Below, piece after piece: positions 50,248-61,710 of a stretch of 64,000 nt of DNA. The position numbers were made by a program, and so were the translations under genes. Source of the stretch: Azolla caroliniana (taxonomy: Eukaryota; Plantae; Polypodiophyta); contig JBHGNT010000006.1 in the NCBI GenBank assembly GCA_043228905.1, forward strand, positions 12,214,001 through 12,278,000, given 5' to 3'. Under the pieces are notes generated by a model, which saw only the letters and a program-made list of their open reading frames with translations, was not told where the DNA came from and did no database searches. Numbering within the stretch: the stretch's first letter is position 1; each line of letters begins with the position of its first letter.

Positions 50248-51517
50248 ATAGCTTTTCATCATTACCTTGTTGTGATAGAATGCTACCCAATGCGAAATCC
50301 GACGCGTCCGCTTCCATGATGAATAGTTTTTCCAAATAAATGTGAGCTAAAATAGGAGCCGATGTAAATGCCTTCTTAAGATTCTCAAAAGCCATGTCAG
50401 CTTCTTCAGACCCAACGAACGATTGTCCCTTCTTAGTAAGTTGTGTGAGAGGCAAAACAAGCTTTGAGTAATCTTGTATAAACTTGCGGTAGAAATTGGC
50501 GAAGCCTAAAAAGCATTCCACATCTCGCAATGAACGCGGAGTTTGCCACTCTACCACTGTTTTGACCTTAGTTGGATCCATGGAGATGCCTTCCGAGGAA
50601 ATGACATAGCCCAGAAATTCCACCTAGTTGCACCCGAAACTACATTTTTCCAGCTTTGCATAAAGACCATGTTCTCGAAGTCGTTTTAGTACTAACAGTA
50701 CATGAGAATCATGCTCTTCTTGGGTCTTCGAATAAACCAGTAGATCATCCAAATAGATGATCAAACAAACATCCAAGAGATCTCGGAATATATCATTTGC
50801 AATGTGCTGGAAGTCTACTAGCACATTAGTGAGGCTGAATGGCATGACCGTATACTCGAAGTGCCCATATCTGGTGTGAAACGCGGTCTTCCATTCATCT
50901 CCTGGTTGGATCCGTACGAGGTTATATGCTCCCTGTAAGTCAATCTTCGTGAAGAACCTTGCACCATTGATCCGTTCTAAAAAACATGAGATAAGGGGAA
51001 GTGCATACCTATTTCTGATAGTGACCTTATTCCAGCCACGGTAATCTACAACGAGACGAAGTGATCCATCCTTTTTCTTGACAAAGAAAATGGGTGCGCC
51101 GGTTGGAGATTTCGAATGCCAAATGAAACCATTTTCCAAATTCTCCTCTATATAGGCTCGAAGGACTTATAGCTCGGTTGGTGACAAATTGTAGATCGGT
51201 CCCCATGGTGGCTCTTTTCCCGGTTGTAAATTGATGGGGCAATCATACGGTCGATGGTGAGGAAGCGTATTGGCTTGTACTTTATCGAACACATCGGCAT
51301 AATGATGATACTTCTTTGGAAGTTGAACGATGGACTCCTCTTTAGTGGTGTCAGAGGGTTACTGATATTGCGAAGAGAAACATTTCTTCATTGCGTCCTT
51401 CTTCCTGCAACTGATGTAGCAAATGATTGCAATCTTATCAGTAGATCCTCGGCCTTGTCGATACCGGATTTCTCTTGTTCTCCAATCTATGTCTGGGTTA
51501 TGTAATTTGAACCATGG

Positions 51518-54500
51518 TGTTGAGTAGCAAGCTCAACCGGATCTGGATCAGCATCCGGAAGGATGAGCCGGATCGATGAGACGGTGAGCTGGGGAGCCGG
51601 TTAGCTGGATCAAGCAGTAACCGGAAGCCTAGTAGCAACCTAGACTACTAGGTAGTTAATGTCTCATAGTTAGTGTCAAACGCTTGTGTGAGCATTGAAG
51701 TACATTGTACTTCTGTTAGTCCTCTTAGGACTTGTATAAATAGTGTTGTTAAGCACGTTGTATGTACCGAGAATTTTACAGAGTTGTTGATAATAGATTT
51801 AAGTTGTTCTGCTCTTCCTCTGTCTCTCTTGCGTACCTTCTATATGTTAATCTCTATCTCTATCTCTATCTCTGTTGCTATCCGGCTAAGCCGGTTGTCT
51901 AACGCTATCGGTTGTCTAACGTATTCTTTTACATGGTATCAGAGCTCGAGGTTTGAGAACCTCTGCAGCTGACATCAGCATTTGAAGAAAAACCCTAAAA
52001 TCCGGTAAGAACAGAAAGAGAAGTGATGGACAGAGTAATGACTAGCTCGTTCCCAGTGGAGAAGCTCGACATATCCAACTATGCATCTTCGTCATACAAG
52101 ATGCACCAGTACCTGCTTGGGCACGACTACTGGAGTTATGTCGACGGAGCTAATGACACGGCACCCGAATCGACACACAGAGACTTCCCGTTGTGGGAGC
52201 AATCGATGAGCAGGGTATTATACTGCTTCGCGTCATGTGTGGGCGAACAGCTATTGAGCTATGTTCGGGATGCAAAGACGCAGAAGGGTGCATGGGAAAA
52301 TCTGAAGAAGATTTTCACCGCGAGCACCACAGCCAAGAAGCTTCAGCTCCGACAGGAGTTGAGCAACCTACGACAACGCGACTTGTCGGTGACGGACTAT
52401 ACCTCGAAGATCAAGGATATCTGTGACTCCCTCGCCTCCATAGAGGTGAACATCGAGGAGAGCGAGATGGTCTAGATCTATCTCGGAGGTTTGGCGTCAA
52501 AGTTCGGAGCGTTCTGAACGGCTGTGTGTACCCGGGAGAATACGCCGTCCTTTTTCGACTTACAGTCAATGCTCCTGGTAGAGGAGAACCACGCGGGTGC
52601 GTCTACAAGCACGCACACAGACAACAGAATGTTGTACACGGAGGGAGATAGGCCCCGTGGACATGGAGGACGAGTCGAGTCAGCGCGCAATGGAGGCGGC
52701 TGACGAGATCAAGAAAGAACGCACCGAAGTGATGCCGACAGCAACTCCGGACCCTCAGGAAGCAGGGGGAGTCGAAGCGATGAGAACCGGCAAGGGAAGG
52801 CCATCGCGGAGTGCTGGTACTGTGGCAAGAAAGGCCACAGGGAAAGTGAGTTCTAGAAGAAGCGCGCCGATTCGGAGAGAACCGGCTCCGGACATACCAA
52901 CAAGGGAAATCAGCAGCGATCGCACTACGCCGAAGACTCCGGGAGAGCCGGAGAAGGGTCTGCCTTCGTGACGAGACACGAAGCAAACTCAATGAAACAG
53001 ACCACCCCGAGGTACGTAGACTCCGACGCGTCAAACCACATGACGAGCCATAAGGAGTGGTTCTCATACCTTGAAAAACCGATACAACCTGGAGTAGTCA
53101 CAACTGGAGACGACACTCTGCATCCGATCGCGAATGTCGGAGAAGTTCCCCTTAGCCATGTCGGGCAAAAAGGGAAACTCATGAACGTGTTGCACGTTCC
53201 GACAATCACGAAGAACTTGGTCTCGGTCGGACAGATCGTCGACCAAGGGATGGAGGTTCGGTTTACACACCTCGGGTGCTTCATTGAGGAAGAAGGTTGT
53301 GTGATTGCGCAAGGGCGCAGAGACGGGAGGATATTCATCCTTGACTCCACTGACGGCGGCACAATAATGTTCGCGAAGGGACAAAAATCCGAGTCCGACA
53401 TCGACTTGTGGCGCAAGCGGATAGGCCACGTCAACTACCAGCGGCTTCAACATCTGCAATCGAAACAGGTAGTGTTCGGATTGCCCAAATTTAGTGGCCG
53501 AAAGGCACAAATTTGTGAAGCCTGCCAGCTCAGGAAGCAACACCGACTTCCTTTCCCCAACGAGCAAAACCGAAGCCGGAACAAGCTCGACCTTATACAC
53601 TCCGATGTATGGGGGCCAGCACAAAACGTTAGTCTTGGCGGGAGCCGATATTTCGTCTCCTTCATCGACGACCACATGCGGCACACGTGGATCTACCTCA
53701 TTGAGAGGAAGAGTAAAGTCTTTGACTGTTTCCGGGACCTCAAAGGGTTCGTGGAAACGGAAACGGGACGAAAGATCAAGTGCCTGCGGTCGGATGGCGA
53801 GAAAGAGTACTTTTCCGGTCAATTCAACGGTTATCTACAACAAATGGGAATTCAGCGCGAATTCAGTTGTAGATACACGCCGGAGCAGAACGGCGTGGCC
53901 GAGAGGAAGAATCGGTCAGTTGTGGAAGCGGCACGGGAATTGCTGGAGGAGAAGAGCTTGCCCAAGTTCTATTGGGCCGAGGCGGTAAGGACCGTGGTAT
54001 ACATCCAGAACCGGATCGGAGACAAAGTGTCGGCGCATGAGCTATATTTCGGAACGAAGCCGAACTTGCGACACTTGAGGGTGTTCGGTAGCATTGGGTA
54101 TGTGCATGTACCGAAGGAGAAAAGGAGGAAGCTGGACGCAAAGGCCGAGAAATGCATCTTGGTCGGTTACTCGGACGAGCAGAAGGGTTATAAGTGCTAT
54201 AACCCTCGCACCAAACAAGCGCGTGTTAACCGCGACGTTGTGTTTGGCGAGTCTGCGTCCTGGTACCAGCCCCCGACTCCAATCCGAGCTCTGACGATGA
54301 GGTCAGCGAGGCCGAGATGTCTCCGGATGAGCCCGAAATCGAGACCCGTGAAGAGAGTCCGATTTCACTCCGATTAAGTGGACCGATTGGATGACTGAGT
54401 CGGTACCACCAGTCCGATGAAGAGCCGACGAGTAGTGGAGACTCGGCCGTGCATTCCCCGCGCAGGAAGCCGAGGAGACGGCTTACGCACAAAGAAAAAG

Positions 54501-57324
54501 GGAAGAAGAAGGTGTCGGATTCCGGCACGGATAGGAACGAGTTAGACCGACGCGAGTCCGACTCCGAGGGAACCGGTGACGGGTCTTTAAAGGTGAAGTC
54601 TGTGTCGACCGAGAAGGCCTCCACATTAGCTAATGTGAGATTACGCCGATCTACCCACCAGAAGAATCTTGTTTTGCGGTTCGGATACAACGAGTACATG
54701 GCGCATCATTACGCATACATGACCCGTGTAGCGGAAGTGCGTGAGCCGGAGAGCTACGCAGAAGCGGCTAACGACGCGGATTGGCGTACCGCGATGGAGG
54801 AAGAGATGCACGCATTGTGGAGAACGAGACCTGGGACCTGGTTGATGCACCAAGAGGGGTAAAACCGATCGGGTGTAGGTGGGTGTACAAGGTCAAGTAC
54901 AACACCGATGGCTCGGTCAACCAGTACAAGGCTTGGCTAGTGGCAAAGGGCTATGCGCCGAAACACGACATTGACTACGATGAGACGTTTGCGCCGGTCG
55001 CGAAAATGACGACCGTCTGTGTTTTGCTCGCAGTAGCTGCGGTGAAGGGGTGGCACTTACATCAGATGGATGTAAAGAATGCGTTCCTGCAAGGTGACCT
55101 TGAGGAACAGGTGTACATGGTACAGCCCCCCGGTTTTCACTCCGGAACGAACTCCTCGGCAGTATGCCGACTGAAGAAGTCCCTTTACGGACTGAAGCAA
55201 GCCCCGCGTGCCTGGAACGCGAAGATCACGCAACAACTGCGTCGGATGGGCTTCGTCACGTCAAAATCGGACTCTTCCCTGTTCATCCGGAAAGGTCGAC
55301 TCGGACCGGTTAGTATTTTACTATATGTTGATGACCTGGTCATCACCGGCGCCGACCTAGGTGAAATCGACCGCATGAAGCTCCAGCTTGCGGCATCGTT
55401 CGACATGAAGGATCTAGGGGACCTTCATTACTTCCTCAGGATCGAAGTGATTCGTACCCCCAAAGGCATATTGATCAGCCAACATCATTACGTGCTGAGT
55501 ATGCTCTTCAAATTCGGGATGGCCGACTGTAAGTCCGTCTCGACTCCTCTGGACAAAACCGTCAAGCTTCGTCCCGATACGGGAAAGGTATGCGACCCAA
55601 CGAGGTTCCGACAAATTGTCGGAAGCCTCATATACTTGACCATCACCCGACCCGATCTCAGTTATCCGATTGGAGTGATCAGTCAGTTCATGGCGCGACC
55701 TACCGAGGAGCACCTTTAGTGTGTGCAACGCATACTTCGGTATGTCAACGGCACTAAGGACGGGGACTGCTATATCGGACCGGTGCAGTCGCGCAGTTAG
55801 TCGGCTACACCGATGCTGATTGGGCTGGCAACGCCGCCGATTGCCGATCCACGTCCGGATACGCGTTCTCCCTCGGGAGTGCCACGATCGCGTGGAGCAG
55901 TAAGAAGTAGCCGACAGTTGCACTGTCGAGCACCGAAGCTAAGTACCGAGGAGCGGCTGTCGCGACATGCGAAGCCATATGGTTGAAGCGGCTACTTAAG
56001 GACCTGCAAGAGGAGGTGTTAGCTCCGACGACGATCTACTACGACAACCTCAGCAACATCCAGCTCGTGAAAAACCCCGTTTTCCACGCACGGACTAAGC
56101 ACATTGAGGTGCACTACCATTTCGTCCATGAGCGTGTCCTTTCCGGTGAAGTCGAACTTCAGTACGTTCCGACCGATCGGCAGTCTGCCGACATCTTCAC
56201 CAAGCCTCTTGGTCTGGACAAGTTGCGGCAATTCTCAGGTGCGCTCGGATTGCGTCACCTCGACGTGCCAAACTTGAGGGGGAGAACAGTCCCGAACGAC
56301 CAAGCAAGGCAGCAGGAAAGGAGCGGAGACCGTGACACCGAGTCGGTTGACTCGGTTGTCGAGTTCGACTTCGGATCGGCTGAAGAAGCCAAGGGTGGAC
56401 CCGCATCGGTTGACTCGGTTGTCGAGTTCGACTTCGGATCGGCTGAAGAAGCCGAGGGAGGACCCGCAGAAAAATCCGGAAGTGGACAGAAGGGGAACAG
56501 CCGAAGGAGAGAGCCAAAGCCAACCACGCATGGGGAAGATGACGCCATCGAGGGCGAGAAGACCGAAGACAAGTTGGAGACAGCCAACTCGGACGAGAAC
56601 AAAACCGATCGGACATAGCCGAGTCGGTTCGGATGTTTTATTCAGATACGCTGAATCAACCGAGGCCCAAGCGGAAGAAAAGGCAGCAGGAGAAGCATCA
56701 ACACCGCAACAGCAGAAGAGCTGATAAGGGCCACATGAGCAGACAAGCCGACCAGAAGGGTCGAAGCGCGCGGAGTCGAACAGGTCGAGGAGCACGAGCG
56801 AGGCATGAAGCCAGGAGGAACCAGAGCTGTGAGCCCGAAGATCCCGAAGAGCCTCAAGTTGAGCTTGAGGGGGAGTGTTGAGAGACAAGCTCAACATTGG
56901 CCGGATTGGTTGAAGAAGCCGAGGACCGGATCGGTTGCGATCGATCGGTTAGGCCAAATGCGTAAACCGATACGCAGACCGATGTGTAGGTAGGGCCGGA
57001 TCGGTGCGTAAACCGGGAGGCCATTAGGAAAGATATTCCGTGAGGAATATATTTGGGAGTTAGTGTAGGAGCTCTCAATGAGCATGGAAGTACTGTCAGT
57101 ACTTCTGTTAGTCCTTCTAGGACTTGTATAAAAGTGTTCATTGAACACACACATGTATAGAGTAGTGAATAGAGATTGAGTATTTGTTGAATATAGTTCT
57201 TGTGTTCTCTCTCACTGTCTCTGTCTCTCCCGCATATACTGCGTAAGGTCAAGCTCTCCATTAAACCTGAGTTTTCTGCCTTCTGTTCGGTCTTCATACT
57301 TGCTTCCGCACGCTACTTTTTACA
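51518..57324 (+). mobile_element. Chimeric copia E: B-type 5' LTR (51518-51933), C-type internal region, C-type 3' LTR (56876-57324)
   Basis: PBS 51934-51945; PPT 56865-56875; LTRs are not near-identical; flanks CATGG/GTCGG are not a TSD. Confidence 0.88.
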
Positions 57325-60300
57325 GTCGGCAACTTGCCGATCTGTATGAACATACCGAAGTTCGACTTTGCCGTTTAGGACACGCTCACACACAAAAAGG
57401 TAGTGCACTTCTATGTGCTTTGTGCAAGCATGAAATACGGGGTTCTTGGCGAGCTGCATGCAGCTCATGTTGTCACAGTAGATCAGGATCGGGGTCGGTA
57501 CCTCAATCCATAGGTCTTGTAGTAGTCGCCGAAGCCAGATGGCGCTTCACAGGTGGCATTGGTAGCGCCCTGATATTCAGCCTCAGTGGTCGACAAAGCC
57601 ATTGCTGGCTACTTTTTGCTGCTCCACGCAATAGTCGCGCTACCTAGAGAAAACATGTAACCGGAGGTCGATCCGTGATCCGATGCATCGCCGGCCCAGT
57701 TGGCATCGGTGTACCCGACTAGCTCTTCGGTTATACCATGCCGGTATAATAGTCCCCGGTCCTTCGTGCCGCTCACATATCGCAAAATGTGATGCATGCA
57801 CAAAAGGTGCTCCATGGTCGGCTTCTGCATATGTTGGCTGATCACTCCGACTGGATTAAATTGATGTCGAGTCGAGTGATTGTCAAATATATAAGGGTTC
57901 CGATGATTTTTCAGAACCGTTTCTCATCGCAGGCCGGTCCGGAGTCATGACGGAGCTTCAGGGTCCGGTCCAGGGGTGTGGAGATCGATCAACATTCCGT
58001 CATGCCAAACCTGTATAGCATATTCAACACATAGTGTCTTTGTGAGAGCAATATGCCATCGGGGGTTCGGATCACCTCGATCCCAAGGAAATAGTGAAGG
58101 TTCCCCAGGTCCTTCATCTCAAATGCATCCGACAGCTGGGACTTGACTCGGCCGATTTCATCTAGTCCAAGTCCGGTGATGACTAGATCATCAACATACA
58201 GTAGTATGCAAACCGGACCGTCCGGACCTTGCCAAATGAACAATGAAGAGTCGAACTTGGAGGCCGCAAACCCCATCTTACGCAACCGGTGTGATCATTG
58301 CATTCGAAGCTCGGGGTGCTTCCTTCAAGCCATAAAGTGACTTCTTCAGCCGGCATACCGCAAACTTGTTCATCTTTGATTGGAAACCGGGGGGTTGGGT
58401 CATAAAGACCTCTTTTTGAAGATCGCCTTGAAGAAATGCATTCTTCACGTCCATCTGGTGAAGATGCCACCCCCTTGCCGCAGCAACCGCCAGCACCACA
58501 TGAACCATCGTCATCTTCGCTACCGGAGCGAAGGTCTCGTCGTAGTCGATTCCGTGGGTCTGCACGTATCCCTTCGCCACTAATCGGGCCTTGTACTGGT
58601 TAACCAAACCGTCGACATTGTACTTTACCGTGTACACCCACTTTCATCCGATCGGTTTACAGCGTTGGGGAGGGTCAACTAGGTCCCATGTGTCGTTGGC
58701 ATCAAGTGCCCACATTTCTTCCTCCATAGCGGCATGCCAATTTGTGTCCTTTGCCGCTTCTGCGTAGCTCTCTGGCTCACGCACTTCCGCCACCTTGGTT
58801 ATGTACACATAGTGATGCGCCATCTACTCATTGTACCAGTACCGCGTCACGGGGTTCTTCAGGCGGGAAGACCGGCGTAACTTGGTATTACCCGGTTTGG
58901 GGCCCTTCTTGGCTGGTCGGATTTCGTTCCCGAATATCCGCCTTCATCCTTTCCGGAGTCGGATTCACTCCGATCCAACTCAGCGTTGCCGGTTTCGTAT
59001 TTCGGCATCTTCTTTTTCCCCTTCTCTTTGCGCGTGAACTGTCTCGTCGGTTCCTTGCGCGGGGAGAGCACGACAGAGTCTCCACTACTCGTTGGTTCCT
59101 CATCCAGCTAGTCATCCTGACTCAGTTGCTCATTTGGTCCACTTAGCCGGAATGAGATCGAACTCTCTTCTAGAGTGCCGAAGTCTTCATCTTCTAACTG
59201 AACCGGTTAAGGCTCACTAGCCTCATCCTCTGGTATTGGGTCGGGGTCGGAAGTCGGAGCCGGTAAGGCATACCATGATGTCGCCTCATCAAACTCAACA
59301 TCCCGGCTAACTCGGACCTGCTTCGTTCGGGGAATATAACATTTATACCCCTTTTGCTCATGCGAGTAACCGACCAGGATACATTTCTCCGACTTTGCAT
59401 CCAACTTCCTCCGCTTCTCATCCGGCACATGCATATATGCAATGCTACCGAATATCCGAAGGTGTCTCAAATTCGGCTTGAGCCCGAAATACAGCTCATG
59501 CACGGACACCTTGTCACCGATCCGGTTTTGGATGTAGACGACCATCCGGACCACCTCCGCCCAGTAGAAATGGGGCATGCTCTTCTCCTCCAACATTGCC
59601 CTTGCCGCGTCGACAATCGACCGGTTCTTCCTCTCGGCCACACCGTTTTGCTCCGGTGTGTATCTACAACTAAACTCTCTCCGAATTCCTTTTTGCTATA
59701 GATAAATGTTGAATTGGCCGGAAAAATACTCTTTCCCACCATCCGACCGCAGCAACTTGATCTTCAACCAAGCTCTCAAGGTTCCAGAAACACTCGAAGA
59801 CTTCGCTCTTCCACTCAATGAGGTAGATCCATGTGTGTCGGTTGTAGTCATCGATGAAGGAGACGAAATACCGAGTTCCGCCAAGACTAACGTATTGTGT
59901 CGGTCCCGATACATCCGAAAGGATTAAATCAAGCTTGTTATGGCTCCGGTTTCGATCAGTGGGGAATGGAAACCGGTGTTGCCTCCTGAGTTGGTAGGCT
60001 TCACAAATTTCGGCCTTCCAGCCGCTAAATTTCGGCAAACCGAAAACGACTTGTTTCGTTTGTAGGTCTTGAAGCCCCCGGTAATTGATGTGGCCGATCC
60101 GCTTGTGCCACAAGTCGATGTCCGATTCAACCTTCTGCCCTTTCGCAAACATAGCGGTGCCGACGTCATTGGTGTCAAGGATGAACATCCTCCCATCTCT
60201 ACGCCCTTGCGCAATAATCGGGCCCTCTTCCTTGATGAAACACCCAAGGTGCGTAAACCGCACCTGCATCCCCTCCTCAACGATTTGACCGACTGACACC

Positions 60301-61710
60301 AGGTTCTTCATGATAGTCGGAATGTGTAATACGTTCATCAGCTTCCCCCTCTGTCCGACGTGGCTCAAAGGGACTTCTCTTATATGCATGATTGGGTGAG
60401 GAGAGTCGTCTCCGTTTTCGACGACTCCCGGTTGTTCCGGTTTCTCCAAGAAAGAGAACCACTCTTTGTGGCTTGTCATGTGATTCGACGCACCGGAATC
60501 AACGTACCACACTTCCTTCGATTTGGAAGTGGTCTTCTTCATCGAGTTAGCCTCGTGTTTCATCACCAAGGTTGGCCCTTTATCGGCTTTTCCGGTTTTG
60601 GATCCTCCCGATCCTTCAATGTAGTGCGAGTATTGCCAGGTCTCTCTACCGGCCTTGCTGAATCTGGATATGTCCGAATCGGCGCACTTCTTCCAGCACT
60701 CGCTTTCCCTATGGCCCTTTTTACCACAGTACCAGCATTCTGTGTCGGCCTTTGCTTGCCAGCCTCTGGAGCCGCCTTGACTCCCCCCGCTTGTGGAGGG
60801 TCCGAAACTGTTGTCAGCATGTTCTTTGTGGCTTCGGTCCTGCTCTTGCTGGCCACTACCATTGCGGGCTGACCCGCCTCCTCCACCACACCCATGGGGC
60901 CGATCCACCTCCGTGTACAGCATCAAGCTGTCAGTGGGTGCACTTGTTGAAGCACCGGCGTGGTTCTCCTCTACAAGGAGCATCGACTGTAAGTCGAAAA
61001 ATGACGGCGTATTCTCCCTTGTACATATTGCCATTCAGAACGCTCTGAACTTAGACGGTAGGCCCCCAAGACAGATCTCCACCATGTCATATTCCTCTAC
61101 AGTGACGTTGATAGAGGCAAGTGAGTCACAGATCTCTTTGATTCGGGCTGTGTAATCGGCCACAGAGAGATTTTTCTGTCGGACATTGTTGAGCTCTTGC
61201 CTGAGCTGCAGCTTCCTGGCCGTTGTGCTTGCGGCGAAAACCTTCTTCAGGTTTCCCCAAGCTTCTTTTGGCGTCTTGCCATCTCGGACATGGCTCAGTA
61301 GCTGGTCTCCGACACTGGACGCAAAGCAGTACATCACTTTGCTTGCCGCTTGTTCCCACACTGGTATGTCCTTGTGTGCCGCATCAGGCGCTGTGTCATT
61401 AGCTCCGTCGACATAGCCCCAATAACCATGCCCAAGCAGGTACTAGTGCATCTTGTATGACCAAGATGCGTGGTTGGATCTGTCGAGCTTCTCCACCAAG
61501 AGCGAGGTAGCCATTCCTCTATCCATCACTTCTCTTCCTGTTCTTACCGGGTCTTAGGGTTTGTCTCCAAATGTTAATGTCGGCTGCGGAGGTTCTCAAC
61601 CCTCGCGCTCTAATACCTTGTAAAAACAAAGGTGCGGAAGCATTAGACAAATAGCTTAGCCGGATAGCAATAGAGAGAGAGAGAGAGATAGATAGATAGA
61701 TAGATAGATT
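57325..61710 (-). mobile_element. B-family copia F, 3' end lost and 5' LTR interrupted by a LINE
   Basis: gag-PR-IN-RT-RH fragments; decayed PBS 61607-61618; LTR U5 from 61619. Confidence 0.88.

Larger units (their letters stand above)
43167..51517 (-). mobile_element. Chromovirus (Ty3/gypsy, Tcn1-like): 3' LTR 43167-43583, PPT, IN-chromodomain, RH, RT; 5' half missing
   Basis: TGTCA...TGACA LTR; PPT AAAGGGGGGATAG; YLDD RT; NYEIHDKELL; HPQTDGQ; chromodomain. Confidence 0.9.

Noticed and set aside
56235-56897. 220-aa antisense ORF (and similar ones) over the Pol tail, as an env-like or antisense gene
   Set aside because: Not kept in frame in C or B; explained by the stop-poor GC-rich reverse strand; the sense tail has no transmembrane segment suggesting env.
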